Position numbers and translations under genes: made by a program
DNA from: Dictyostelium discoideum
Lineage: Eukaryota
Direction of reading: 5' to 3'
Length of the DNA stretch: 64,000 bases
Assembly (NCBI GenBank): GCA_000004695.1
Contig: CM000155.2
Coordinates: 2,176,001 to 2,240,000, forward strand
Part shown: piece after piece, positions 24,032-38,234 of the stretch
Layout: each line of letters opens with the position of its first letter
Position numbering within the stretch: position 1 is the stretch's first letter
The notes under the pieces: generated by a model
Seen by the model: the letters and a program-made list of their open reading frames with translations, nothing else
Databases searched by the model: none
What the model was told of the DNA's origin: nothing

Positions 24032-24298
24032 AAAATTCATTAAATTTTTTATTATTTATTCATATATATATATTTTTTTTTTTTTTTTTTTTAAAACAAA
24101 ATAAATAAAATAAAATTAACATTGTAATATAAAAATAGAATTCTTTTTTTTTATTTTTTTACAAGAAAATCCATTTTATTCTGGATTTAATTTTGCGCCA
24201 AAAAAAAAAAAAAAAAATTTCACTCTTTTTTCAAATTTACTTTTTTTTTTTTTTTCTCTATTCTTTTTTTTTTTTTAATTAAAACAAATAAAATAATA

Positions 24299-25143
24299 AT
24301 GGATAAATTTGTTATTATTAAATGTATAAATCCAGGATTTATACCACCAAAAGAGAAAAAAGAGGAGCCAAAAAAAGAGGAGCCAAAAAAAGAGGAATCT
24401 AAAAAAGAGGAATCTAAAAAAGAGGAATCCAAAAAAGAGGAATCTAAAAAAGAAGAACCAAAAAAGGTTGAGATAAAATCAGAAACAAAAAAGAAAAGAG
24501 CAGCAAAATCAAAAACAACCAATAATACTACAACTTCATCTACTACTACCACAACCACCACAACCAATAATAATGAAAGTACAAAAACAGGATTAGCAGC
24601 AATAATAACACCAGTAACAGAAATTAAAAAACAACCACAACAGACCTTAGTAAGTCATTTCTTTTCAGCTAATACAGGTGATAAACCATCATATAAATTT
24701 TTATTTGAAAAAGAAGCAGCTGATAGAGCTGAAGAAGAAAGAAAAAGAGCAGAAAGAATCGCAAAAGAGGAGGCGATTTTGGCAGAAAAAAGAAAACAAA
24801 TCCAAAAAGCAAAATTAGAAGCAAAAAAGAAAAGAGAAATAGAAAGAAGAAAGAGAGAAGAAGAGGAATGGGAAGAGTATTTAGCAATGCAAGAAAAAAC
24901 AACCAAAGGTGTTGAAATTATACCACACCTTTATCTAGGTTCCTTTTTGGCTGCTAAAAACTCTGAATGGTTATTAGAAGCAAATGTTACCAAAATTGTA
25001 AATGTAACTTCCGAAGTACCATCTTACTTTTTAAGTAAAAAAGAAAAAGAAAATGATAAGATTATATCTGAAAAGGATGAAATTGATTCTTTTATTGTTG
25101 ATGATGATGAAGATGAAAATGAAGATGAAGATGATGAAGATAT

Positions 25144-25186
<43 letters not shown>

Positions 25187-26131
25187 AATGAAGATGAAAA
25201 TGAGGATGAAGATGGTAATCAGGATGAAAATGTTGACATTGGTGATGAAAAAGATAAAGAAATGAAAGATTTACCAATAACACCTTCCCCTAATGAAAAG
25301 AAAGAAGAAAATATAGAAATGAAAGATAATGATGATAAAGATCAAGAAATGAAAGATTCACCAGCGGCAGCAGCAGCAACATCTTCCACTAATGAAAAGA
25401 AAGAAGAAGAAAATGTAGAAATGAAGGATGAATTAACAATAAATAATATACCAATTAAAATTGATCAAGTTAATGAAGATGTTGATAGTGAGAAAATTAA
25501 AGAACTTTCAATTAAATATTTAAGAATTTCAATTTCTGATAGTTTTAGATCAAAAATTGAAAATTATTTCCAAGAAGCAATTGATTTCATTAATCAAGGT
25601 AATGTGGATGGTAGTGAAAAATCAAATGTTTTAATTCATTGTAAACAAGGTAGAAGTAGATCACCATCAATCGTAATTGCTTATTTAATGTCAAATGAGA
25701 AATGGACTTTAGAAAAGGCATTCAATCATGTCTCTAGTGTAAGTCCAAAGAATTTAACAGTTAATGATGGATTCAAAAAGAAATTAATGGATTTAGAAAT
25801 GGAATTATTTGGTTCAAACTCTATTAACTTTTTTGATAGATCAAATAGAACTTCAAGAGCAAATATTTCCTCTGCTGCAATCACTTCAACTTTAAATATC
25901 ACTCAAAAGAGAATTAAAAATCAGAATAAAAAAAATGATGATATTAACAACAACAACAACGACGACAATAATAATGAAGATAATAAAAATAAAAATGAAG
26001 AAAATGTCGTTGATACAGCAGATGTAGTATTACCAACAAATTTAAAAGTTGAAGATGATGCCTCCACTATCGATCAATTAAAAGTTGTAAAAAGAAGAAA
26101 AAATATCTCCATAGTAGAAGATGATGAGTAA
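24299..26131 (+). CDS. dual-specificity protein phosphatase with KE-repeat N-terminus and a large acidic insertion
   Basis: DSP start EIIPHLYLGSFLAAKNSEWLLEANVTKIVNVTSE. The P-loop VLIHCKQGRSRSPSIVIAYLM (HCx5R) lies about 190 aa downstream, after a D/E-rich insert (DDDDDDDDDDDDENEDE...). The N-terminus has (KKEE(S/P))n repeats. Confidence 0.8.
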
Positions 26132-26493
26132 ACTACAATATGTTTGAAAAAAAAAAAAAAAGAAAAAAAGTTAATGGATGGTTGTGGATCATAGAATAGA
26201 TTAATACAACAAATTTCTTTCTTTTTAACGAATATTTAACAATAAAAAAAAAAATTCTCTTTAATTTATTATGTTTTTTTTTTTTTTTGTTTGGTTTAGT
26301 ACCAATATTGTGTGTTTGTTTTTGATAAGTGGTAGTTGGTTTTTTTTTTTTTTTTTTTTTTAACTTTTATAAAAAAAAAAAATAAAAAAAGGAATTGGTT
26401 GCTATTGTTTTAAAGTATGTGTATTTGTATTGATGTTTAAATATATTGTTGTTGTATAATTTATATATATATATATATACATATATTATGGTT

Positions 26494-27379
26494 TTATCTT
26501 AACCATTTAAGACAAATGATTAAAGCAATGATACCCATTAATAAAAGAATGATAATTGATAAAATAACTTTGTTTGTTGCTAACCTTCTGGCAATTCCAG
26601 TCATAATTTTTCTAGCTGATTTAATTTGATCATCAGTTTCATGTAATTTATCCCTCATACCTCTAATTTGTTCACCTTGTTTACCTAAATCCATTAAAAT
26701 ATTTTGTCCAATTTGTTCACTTTGTGCTGAAATTTGATGTGTTCTTAATAATCTATCAGATGTTGAATCTAACATATTACTACCTTGAAGTAAATGTTGT
26801 CTTTGATTATCATATTGTGACTAAAATTTAAAAATTTAAAATGATAATATATAATTAGCTAATTTATTATATAACATAAACCTAAATAATAAAAATAATA
26901 ATAATATTTTTAGATAAACATACTTGGTAATCATCAGGTGCATTTGACCATGGATTACTATTTGTTTGATTTGAAGATTGTAACTGTGCTAATTGAACTT
27001 CTCTTTTATATTTTTGAATATCAGAATGATATTGTTTTGTTTTAGTTTGTAACTTTATTCTTTGTGGATGGTTTTGTGCTAATTTTTCCATTTCTGAAAT
27101 CTATAAAAAAAAAATAAAAACATAAACAAAGGTGTAAGTATTTACCCTTTTTTTTTTTTTTATTTTTTTTTATTTTTTTATTTTTCAAATATTGTTATAT
27201 ATATAACAATAGTTAATAATAATTCTTACAAATTTTAAAGCTTCATCAATATCATTTTCAACTTCTCTAACGGCGATCTTTTTCTTTTCACCTCCATAAT
27301 TTGGTAACTGTTTTATTCTTCTTGTGATTGAGTTGCATACATGCTGAAAATTTTGTTCGGTTCTTTCAAATACATCCAT
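26494..27379 (-). CDS. vti1: Qb-SNARE Vti1 homolog
   Basis: complement(join(26494..26820,26924..27100,27230..27379)). The SNARE motif LLRTHQISAQSEQIGQNILMDLGKQGEQIRGMRDKLHETDDQIKSARKIMTGIARRLATNK plus C-terminal TM LSIIILLLMGIIALII aligns to human VTI1B. Both introns are phase 0 (TTT|GTAAGA, CAA|GTATGT). Confidence 0.85.
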
Positions 27380-28193
27380 TTTATAATATTATTGTATCTT
27401 TTGTATTGTTGGTTTTATTTCTTTTAATATATATTTATTTTTTTTTTTTTTTTTTTTTTTTTTATATTTTTAATTATTGTACAAGTTTTATGTTATGATA
27501 AAAAAAAAAAGTATTTCCTATTCTCTCTACTCTCACAAAACGAAAGTTAATGTTAAATAAAAATTATTAATGAGATAGCGTGGTGGTGTGTTTCAATAAT
27601 AAAAAGAAAATTAATTTGAGTTTTTCTAAAAATTTTTAAACTTTTTTTTTTTTTTTTATTTTTTTTTATTTTTTATTTTTATTTTTTTTTTTCTCTCAAT
27701 TTTGTGGACTGAATAAAAAAATAAATAAAATAAAAATAAAAATAAAATATAAAAATAAAAATTAAAAAAGAAAATAGAAAATTATAAAATAAAAACAAAA
27801 AATAAAAAATAAAATAAAAATAAAAATAAAAATGATTAAATGATTTAAAAAAATATATCTTTTTTTTTTTTTTTTTTTAAAAATAAAAAAATAGATAATA
27901 ATTAATTTTTTTTCTAAGGATTTAGTTAACTTATTATTTCAGGGTTTAATATTATTAATAAAAATATATATATTAAAAATAGTTTTATTTTATTTTATTT
28001 ATTTTCTTTTTTTTTTTTTAGTTGGTGCGTGATTTTTTTTTATTTTTAAATATCTTAAAATATCTCTGTTTTTTTTATTTTTTTTATTTTTTTTTTGAAA
28101 AAAAAAGTTTTGGTGGTTCTTTTTTTTTTTTTTTTTTTTTTTATTTTTTGATAGCACCAATCATCCATTTTTTAGATTCGTTACCAATTAGAA

Positions 28194-31100
28194 ATGAAAA
28201 CAAATAAAAAGCGTATATATTTAATTATTTTATTATTATTTATAAATTTTATTAAAAGCGAGGTAATAAATTTAACAGATTTAAAACAATATGAAAAATA
28301 TCAAACTTTTACAAGTACCCAAACATGTGGATTTCAATTTAATATATTAGTAAAAGATGATTCTTTTAGTATTGATCGTATTGACTTGGATAATAGTGCT
28401 CCAAAAAGTTTAGGTCAATATACCAATTTTACAAGATTTTCAACGAATAGATCAACAAATTTTATATTAAATTTTGCTAATGTAGAATTTGGTGTCTATG
28501 AAAATATTAATTTTACCACAATTGTAAATGGAGTTAAAAAAGAATGGTTTATTCTTCCAAAATTCACCTGTAATAGTATGTTTTTTAATTATGAAAAAAA
28601 AAATAAAAAAAAAAAAATTTTTTTATGTTCCAGATATTAATAAAAAAAAATAAAAAAAAAAAAGAAATTGATTCAACAAAATTAAAAGTTACAACAATAA
28701 ATAAAATAAATGTGAATCAAATTTTTATAGGATCAAAATTGTCAGGTGTAATAAAGATTGAAGGTTTTGGAAATGAAAATTATCCTTATCTATTATCACC
28801 AAATCCAAGCACAATGTATTCAATTATTAAAAGTAGTTCAAGTATGGACGTTGCATTTTTCTATGTACATACTATCGATCCAATAAGTATTTTATCCAAT
28901 GGTTCCAATTTGAATTTTACAATATCATTTTTTGAATCACCAAGTATTAGTTTTAGTTTTGAAGCAGATTCTATTAATACCAATGATGGTGATATTAGTG
29001 TGGAGATTTTATCACCACCATCACCACAACAAAATGGAAATTATCAATTAATTGGCACACATTCTTCACCATACATATTAATTAAAGCATTGCCAAACTC
29101 AATATTTTCAATTAGAAATAATGGAACTCCAGAGTTTATATCTCAACAAGGTGTAAATGAAAGAGAAGTTACATATTATTTTAGGCTACCAATAGGAGGT
29201 ATTTTCGATTCTCCATCTAATAAAAAATTACAAAATAGTACAGTTATTATTGGGAATAGAGAAGGAAATTCTATTTTTAGTCATACTTTTTCTTATTTCT
29301 TTTTTAATTTAAACGCAACTTTTAAAAATCATAGTTGGAGTTCTAGTTCATTTATTAACCTATATTCACAAGTTACTGAAATTTCAACAATGTCAACCAA
29401 AGTCACACAATTAAATATAATACTTTTAAACTACATTGTTGATCACCCATTTGGTTTAATAAATGGTAATTTAAAAAATTGTTCAATAGATATATCGATT
29501 ACTCCTCAACCTTTTTACCCTTACCCAACGCAAATATCGGCATCTATTGATGGAAATCAGCAAATATTTTACGACAGTTCAGATAGACGTGGGGAAATAA
29601 CTAAACCTCAAATATTGGATTACTCATTCACAACTCTATATGATAATTATGTATTATTAATATTTTCTTTTACATCTAGTAACCCTATTTATATGGTTGT
29701 TATTGATGGTTTTAATGTATTTTATATTAATTCAATTGTATCGGGGAAAGACTCAAATGGTACATTCGAATGTATATTTCAACAAAAATTATTCCAAGAA
29801 GGGGGCATTGCCTCATTGGCATTGATTGATAACGGCGGTATACAAAGTACATTTTCAATTGGACAATTCTATCAATTACCAAGTTCAACGAGTAATGAAC
29901 AAAGAATATTCACAATTCCACAATTTATAAATGAAATTTCATTTACAAATATTAAAGCTATCAATTTTAAATATAATGATATAAATACAACAAATGTATC
30001 ATATTGGAATACAATGACTTTAGAATTAATTAATTCATCAATTAGTATAGGTGAACCAGTACAAATTTTATTTTATTATTCAAATTATGATGATTTTGAA
30101 TCATATGATTTAAAATTATTTTTATATTGGAATAATGATAAAAAACATTGGTCAAATGATTTTAAATTACCAGCTAATCTAATAACTGGAAATGTAAACT
30201 ATATTATTATAACAACCGATGGTAATTTCTTATCATCAAATATGTTTTCAAATGATTGGCAACTCCGTGTTTACTCTGAATCTGCTGATTTATTAGGTCC
30301 TGTATTTTCAAACATTTTAAAACTTCTACCAACCATTATTAACACCAATGGAGATATTAGTTTTGGTTGGAATTTAACAATATATGATCCAATCAATGGA
30401 TTTAATAATGGTCATGTCATAGTAAGAGGTGGAATTGATAATTCAATTTATAAATTCTATTTATCTTCAAAAAATGGTAGAATGGAACTTGGTGAAACTC
30501 ACTCAATTGTAATGGTAGTTGAAAATGTTACAATCTCACAAGAATATAGAATAACTGAAGTTTTATTAATTGATAACCAAAATAGAAAATCCGAATTTAA
30601 AGAAGCTGAATTAGATAAAAGTTATAATAATCCTAAAAGAGTTAATCCATTCCTTTATTATTTAAATGATTCAAAAATAAATAGTATTCAAGTTGAAACC
30701 GGTGCAATCTATTCAACAAATAATGAAATTGATGATTTTATAATTACAAATATTGATACATATCATTTTTCAGAGTCAATTGATCAAGTTAATCAACTTA
30801 GAAATGTTAATATTTCATTCACATTTAATCAAACTTTAATTTCAAATTCAATTAAAAAAAATACGTTCCCTATTGTTTATTTTTCAAGTGCACATTTTAC
30901 AGAACCAATAATTAAATCAATTAGTAAATTTAATAATATTTCGAATGAGTATTTTGTAAATGTTGAAATCCCATTAAACTTTTCATATCCACATAAAATT
31001 GGTATTTCAATTTATGGAATAATTAATAATGCTGGCTTTTTCAATGGTTATTCATCTCAACAAATGTTAGATTCAACATTTTATCAACATGAAATTGAAC

Positions 31101-32464
31101 CATATAATAATCCAATAAATGTAAACCCAAATCTTTATAAAGCAATTCTAACAAATAGGAATTCTAAATTTATAATCATTGGTAGAGGGTTTAAGAAAAA
31201 TCTAATTTTATCAATTAATATTAAACTTGAATCAACGAGTCATCCATTTACAAATTTCACAATTATATCAACTACTTCAATTGAACTTTTAGTAAATCCA
31301 AATTTATTTACTCATTTATCAATTTCTTTAAGTGCAACAGTTGTTGGTGGAAAAGAAACTAATGAGATTGTAATAATTCCAATAATACCGACCCCAATTC
31401 AACCACCAATTCCATCATTATCACCAATACCAACCAGTCAACCACAAAAATGTCAAGGTAATCCAGAATGTGGTGGACCAACCAATGGATATTGTAAAAT
31501 TGGTGTTGGATGTTTATGTTATTCACCATTTATTGGTATAGATTGTACTTCAAAAATTATAATTGTAACCCCACCAATTGTAAATCCATCAAAACCAGAA
31601 ACAACAATTGATGTACCAACACAATCAAATAATACTACTGGTAATAATAATGTTAAATCAATAATTTCAATTGTAGCATTACGAGAATTAAATTCAGTAA
31701 CTGGTGAAGAAGTTAAAATTCATTATTTTGAAAAATGGATTTATACAAATGTTTCAGAAACAATATCACATTATCAAAGTAATATTACAAATAATGGTGG
31801 TGGTAGCATGGTGACAAATGTAAAAGCTATATTACAATGGTTTAAAAATGATGAGAATATTACATTTGCAAATCAAGAATTAATAATGCATTCATCAACA
31901 ATGAAATATACAATTGAGTTATCTCCATACACTTTTTCAAATCCATTAAATAATTTACAAATTGTAATGTCTGCTCAAATTCAGTCAAGTAAAGAAAACA
32001 CGTGTTCAGATAAAGAATTTGGTAATACTGTTATTGATAATTCAAATTACATTAAATTAAAAGTTGATAAAAATAGTTTCTACGGTAGATACATTAAAAG
32101 AGGTATAATTGATGATAGAGTAGTATCAATAACAAATGAAGTTTTAGATTCAAATTTTAATATAAAAGATAATGAAAATAGTGTACAATCATTCATTGGT
32201 ATTTCAATTGGTAATTTTAAAAAATCAGTCATTATCGATCCAGATTTCTCAATATTATTAGAACAAAATTCAGCAACTTCAATTTGTAAACAACAATCAT
32301 CAAATAAAAGTTTAACAAAATCTCAATTAATTGGCATTATCATTGGTTCAGTTGCAATGTTTATTGTAATTTTAATAATAATTGGAAAATTAATTTATTC
32401 ATCTTCAAAATGTTTACCAATTAAAATTTTAGTTTATAAAATATTTAGAAATAAAAAACATTAA
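28194..32464 (+). CDS. large type-I membrane glycoprotein with C-terminal EGF-like module
   Basis: Signal peptide MKTNKKRIYLIILLLFINFIKSE. The ~1350-aa N-glycosylation-rich (many NxS/T) ectodomain contains an EGF-like CQGNPECGGPTNGYCKIGVGCLCYSPFIGIDC. TM segment LIGIIIGSVAMFIVILIIIG is followed by a short cytosolic tail. The two track ORFs (28194-28640 and 28625-32464) differ in frame. They most likely join through a phase-1 intron of about 28576-28731 (AAT A|GTATGT ... TTTTATAG|GA), but the exact junction is uncertain. Confidence 0.55.
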
Positions 32465-32836
32465 TAATTTACGGAAAAAAAAAAAAAAAATTTATTATAA
32501 ATTAAAATTCCTTATTTTTTAATTAACTATTAATTAAAAAATCATCCAAGTTTGCACACTTTTTAGAAATTTAAAAATTATTACTATATAATAATATCCT
32601 ATATTAAAAAAAGTGATTACAATAATCAATTCTTAAAATATTAAAAAATAAGAAATTGCCTAATTTATAATATTTATTTTTTAATTTATTATTTTTTAAT
32701 TTTTTTTATTTTTTTATTTTTTTTTATTAATTCATTGATTGGTATTTTTTTTTTATTTTTTTTTTTTTTATTTATTTATTTATTTATTTTTATTTTTAAA
32801 TTAAATAATAAATAAAATAATAATAATAATAATATT

Positions 32837-33856
32837 TTAACGTTTGACCAATGGGAATCTCTTTCTTGCTTTGAGTAAACCTGGTTTCTTTCTTTCAACT
32901 TTACGAATATCATTCTTGAGAAGACCAGCGATTTTAAGTGCTGGTCTATAACCGAGATCATAATTTACTAAAGAGAAACCTAGTGCACGACGAGCAGCTT
33001 CAGATTGACCTTTGAGACCACCACCGAAAGCTCTAATTGAGACATCCCATTTTGTGAGAGTTTCAGTGATAACCAATGGTTGAACTACATTATCTCTGTA
33101 GGAAATCGATGGGAAATAATCTAAAAGGGTACGACCATTTATGAGTATTGAACCATTACCAGGTTGAATTGAAACAACTGCACGACTTCTCTTTCTCTTG
33201 GAGTAACCGGACGAAGCGCCATCGATAACCGAAGTCTTTTGAATTTTTGGACGAACTGGTCTGAATGGAGAGAAACGAGTATTGTCAGAGAATGGTAACT
33301 CTTCTTGCTCTCTATTAGAGTTTGGACGTATGCTATTCAAGTAACTATCTGCAAAATCGTCTGGAAGGAGTTGTTTTTCATAATGTTCATCAAATTCTGG
33401 TCTTGGTACTGAAACTCTAACTCTGAAATTATCTGCTGGATCTTGTTTATTTGGAGTTGTTTCATCTCTAAATTTCTTAAAATAATCTTGTCTAGATTTT
33501 GAACCATCATAATAATCTTCAAGTAATTTACCTCTATTTGTATCACTTGTTGCTAATCCAATTTTACTATCCTCTTCTATTTGTTTTTCATTTTCAATGT
33601 TTTGTTTTGTTGAATAATATCTTTTATTATTATTATTCATGTTATTATATATATTGGTGTTGGTGGTGGTATTGGTTTTCTTTGTACATTTACAATTGCA
33701 TACACAATTTGTGCATTTACAATTATTTATTTTTTTATTATTGTTATTTTTATATATTGATAATTTTGAGAATTCTTTTAATAATCCATTGCTTATTGAT
33801 GAGGTATTCTTTGATGCAACACTATTGATAGTGTTGTTCAATACCAATTTTAACAT
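32837..33856 (-). CDS. mrps9: mitochondrial ribosomal protein S9 (uS9m)
   Basis: The C-terminal ~130 aa GRRKRSRAVVSIQPGNGSILINGR...YF...VVQPL...WDVSIRAFGGGLKGQSEAARRALGFSLVNYD..YRPALKIAGLLKNDIRKVERKKPGLLKARKRFPLVKR is the universal S9 fold. The long N-terminal extension carries a Cys-rich CKCTNCVCNCKC block. Confidence 0.8.
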   Translation of the reverse strand: MLKLVLNNTINSVASKNTSSISNGLLKEFSKLSIYKNNNNKKINNCKCTNCVCNCKCTKKTNTTTNTNIYNNMNNNNKRYYSTKQNIENEKQIEEDSKIGLATSDTNRGKLLEDYYDGSKSRQDYFKKFRDETTPNKQDPADNFRVRVSVPRPEFDEHYEKQLLPDDFADSYLNSIRPNSNREQEELPFSDNTRFSPFRPVRPKIQKTSVIDGASSGYSKRKRSRAVVSIQPGNGSILINGRTLLDYFPSISYRDNVVQPLVITETLTKWDVSIRAFGGGLKGQSEAARRALGFSLVNYDLGYRPALKIAGLLKNDIRKVERKKPGLLKARKRFPLVKR

Positions 33857-34263
33857 TTTTGATTTATATATTAATATATATGAAATATATATAAAATAAT
33901 AATATTATAATAAATAATTGAAATTTATTTTAATATTATTAATAATATTTAATATATAATATCTATAAATGTGAAAATATTAAATGTTAATTTATTATGA
34001 TACTGATCAAAATTGAAAACGAAAAAAAAAAAAACTTGAAAAAAAAAAAAAAAAAAAAAATGAAAAAAAAAAATTGAATTTTTTTTTTTATTTTTTTTAT
34101 TTATTTTTATTTTTATTTTTATTTTTTTTTTTTTTGATCATTTGTTTTACAAAAAATGAAAATAACAAAATAAAAAATAAAACAGTGGAACTGAATAAAA
34201 AAATTAAATAAAATATGTGATAATAGATAAAAAATTGATTATTTTTTTTTTTTTAGTAAATTA

Positions 34264-34298
<35 letters not shown>

Positions 34299-34346
34299 GA
34301 GATTATAATCGGGTGGCAATTAATAAACGAGTTGTTCAATCTGGGA

Positions 34347-34382
<36 letters not shown>

Positions 34383-34533
34383 AAAAAAAAATAAATTAAT
34401 TTTAAAATAAAATTAATAGTTTTATCCTAAAAAATAAAAAAAAAAAATTTTAATTTTTTAAGTGTTTAAAAAAACCCACCCCCTTATTGCCATAAATGTT
34501 TTTGGGAAAAAAAACCAAATTTTTATTTTTTAT

Positions 34534-34587
<54 letters not shown>

Positions 34588-35020
34588 TCAGGCATTTATT
34601 AAACTATTTTTTTAATTTTTGTTTTTTTTTTCATTTGAATTAATAAAATTACCAATTATATTTTTAAAATTTTTTTTTTTTCAAAAATAATAAAAATAAT
34701 AAAAATAATAAAAATAATAAAATTAATAAAATTTTATAAATTTTTTTTTTAAAAAATAAAATTAATAATTTAATTCATAATAATTATAAGTGGTGGTCAT
34801 AATATAATATTTATGATCAATATTAAAAAATAACACAATAGTATCAATAAAAGCAATATTAAAAAATAGTTTTATTAAACTACCAATAATCGTAAAGGTT
34901 AAAGTAAGGAAAGGTAATAATAATTAGGTAGAAGCTGAGAGAATAAAAAAAAAAAAAAAAAATAATAATAATAATAATAATACAAATAAAAAAACAAAGA
35001 AAGAGAAAAAAAAAAAAAAG

Positions 35021-35242
35021 ATGGGGAGGTCACCAGAAAAAGATCCATTACTTGGAGAGTCAAAAGATCCATATAGTTTTATGTATCCAGGACAGGGTCA
35101 TTCATCAACATTAGATATAAGTGGAATGGTTGATGAATTTGAAAGTAATAGCGATAATAGTTACTATTCTTCTTATAACGGATTAAATGGTGGTGGTGGT
35201 GTTAATGGTAGTAATACCAGTAATCAAAGTCAACATAATCAA

Positions 35243-35333
<91 letters not shown>

Positions 35334-37648
35334 GTCCAATGATTTTTAGTCCACATAAAGGTAATAGTGGTAGTATAGGTAATGGAAGTGATGATAATAA
35401 TAGCAATAATAATAATAATAATAGTAGCAATAATAAAAAGAATAAAAATCAAAATAGTTTAGAGAATAGTCCAATACAAAGTGTTGGTAGCATTGGTAGT
35501 GGTAATAGTGATATATTGATTGGTACAACAAATGAAAAGATGGATTTATCAGGTACACCATTAACAAAGATTAAAAAAGTTGGTGGATCAGGTGAACATA
35601 AGATTGGTCAATTATTTTCAACAGCAATATGTGGTAATGATATCACTTCAAGTATATTCTATACTGCGAGTAGTTGCACATTAAGTGCGGGTAAATATGC
35701 GCCTATCTCACTTTTGATAGTTTGTATAGTTTTATATTTATTTAGAAAGGTGTATGGTGAAGTTGGATGTGCATTACCACTAAATGGAGGTGCGTATAAT
35801 GTTTTATTAAACACAACAAGTAAGCAAATCGCATCGGTGGCAGCAGCATTGACGATGATAAGTTATGTCGCTACGGCAGTGGTTAGCGCGTCAACAGCAA
35901 TGAATTATTTACAAAACCTGTGGCAGGAATTGGATGTGTTTTGGGCGACTATTGGGCTATTGGGATTTTTCGCATTGCTGTCATTGATTGGCATAACCGA
36001 GAGTGCAGTGGTTGCATTCATTATATTCTCAATTCATATGGTGACATTGTTGATATTGGTATTTGGCGGATTTGGTATTTTTTTTTATAAACATGATTGG
36101 AGTGTATTGGTTGGCAATTGGAATGACGTTAATCCACCCGACCCCGATGGGACACTACAATGTGAACAGCAATTTTATTGGGGACAGAATTTCGCATATT
36201 GTATCTACTTTGGGTTTGGCTCAGCAATGTTGGGTGTGACAGGATTTGAAACGTCATCAAACTTTATCGAACAGCAAGACAAAGGAGTGTTTCCAAAAAC
36301 TTTGAGAAACATGTGGGCAATTGTAACGTTTTTCAATCCATTAATTAGCGTGTTAAGTCTTTGTTTCCTCGATACATGCACCATAGTCAATGCAAAGGGG
36401 TACGTATTGGCAACGGTTGCAAACGAGATATTTGGCCAATGGTTTCATATTTGGATTATAGTGGATGCAGTTTTAGTTTTGTCAGGTTCGGTTTTAACGA
36501 GTTATGTCGGCTTTGTGGGATTGGTTAGAAGAATGAGTTTGGATCGTTGTTTACCCCAATTCTTAATCGATATCAATTCATGTAGGAAAACCACTCATTG
36601 GATTATAGTATTATTCTTTTTAATTTGTTCATCACTTTATGCGATTGTTCAAGGCGCTCTATCAACATTGGAGGGTGTTTACGCGGTAAGTTTCTTGGGG
36701 GTAATGCTATTGTTTGCAGTGGGTAACATGCTATTGAAATACAAGAGATCATCATTGAAGAGAGAAATTAAAGCACCCTGGTTAGGAGTTTTCTTTGCTT
36801 CCGCGTCGGTTATATTGGGACTAATTGCAAATATCTATAAGGATCATTACATTGTTTTCTACTTTGGTATTTATTTCATGGTCACAATTTTCATTATCAT
36901 GGTAATGTTTACACGTGCCCGTTTGTTAAAGATGGTTTTATTCTTTAGTCAAATTGTAATTTGGTGGTCAGCTCCATTACGTGCAAAGGCTGCAAAATCA
37001 ATAGGTAATCAAATTAAAAATATTAATTCACAACCAATAGTTTTCTTTGCTTCAAAAGATGATACTGCTTATTTAAATAAAGCGATTCTTTATATTCGTG
37101 ATAATGAACAAACTAATTGGGTTAAAATTATACATTGTTATGATGGTCAAGATGAAGAAAATATTAATGGTAATCATCAAAATAATCATCAAAATGTTCA
37201 ATCACCACCAAATGAATCATCATCATTATTACAACAACAACAACCACAACAGCAAATAATAGAACAATCAAATAATGAAATTAAGCAAAATGGTATTGAA
37301 CATAATGATCATCATAACCAAGATGGTCATCATCATAATCATCATCATCACCATAACCACCACAATCACCACCACCATCATCATCATCATCATCATAATA
37401 TAGTACGTGAAACACATGATGATGTTGATGACTCATTCTCTCAACATGTTCAATTTTTAGATGGTTGTTATCCAAAGATTAGAATTGATTATATTAGAGT
37501 TTTTGCAAACTTTTCACCCTCAACAGTTGAAAAATTATCAATTTTATTAAAGGTACCCAAAAATTTCATGTTTATTGCGTGTCTAAAAGAAAATACAATT
37601 TTAAATATTGGTGATTTGGGTGGAGTTAGAATGATTACATCTTTTTAA
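35021..37648 (+). CDS. APC-superfamily amino-acid/polyamine permease-like transporter with His-rich C-terminal tail
   Basis: Multiple TM helices. An APC-like motif FRKVYGEVGCALPLNGGAYNV (G..P..GG.Y) is present. The N-terminus is poly-Asn and the C-terminal tail is HHHNHHHHHNHHNHHHHHHHHH. Confidence 0.65.
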
Positions 37649-38234
37649 AAATATAAATAAAAATAAAAATAAAAATAAAAATAAATAATGAAAATATGAG
37701 ATATTTTTATTATTTTTTTTATTTTATAAAATGGGAAAAAGAGTACCATAAGTTTCTCTATCCCTATTTTTTTTTAATAAAATAATAAATTAATTATTTA
37801 TTTATATTATATATTTATTAATTAATGCCTATTTTTTTTTTTTTTTTTTTTTAAATAATTTTATCTTGAATAAAAAAAATTAAAAATAATAAAAATAATA
37901 AAAATCTTTATTTATTTGATCTTTATTATTATTTTTAATGTTACTTGTTTCGAAAAAAAAAAAAAAAAAAAAAAAAAAATCAAAACAAACTTTAAAACAC
38001 AATAAAATTTATTTTGTATGTGAGTCATAATTGAATTTTATTTTATGCAAAGATTAGGTGTAAATAAAAAAAATGAAAAAAAATAAAAAAAAAAAAAAAG
38101 TTTTTTTTTTTTATATTTAATTTAATTTTGGTTTGTGAAACCTCCAAATTTAATTTAATTTTTCAAAAAAAAAAAAAAAAAAAAATATTACATAATAAAA
38201 ATATATAAATATATTTATATACATATATAAAAGA

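Noticed and set aside
34290-34330. GC island ggagattataatcgggtggcaattaataaacgagttgttcaatctgggac in the AT desert upstream of the permease gene
   Set aside because: There is no ORF, no recognisable ncRNA signature and no repeat partner. It may be a promoter element, but the evidence is insufficient.
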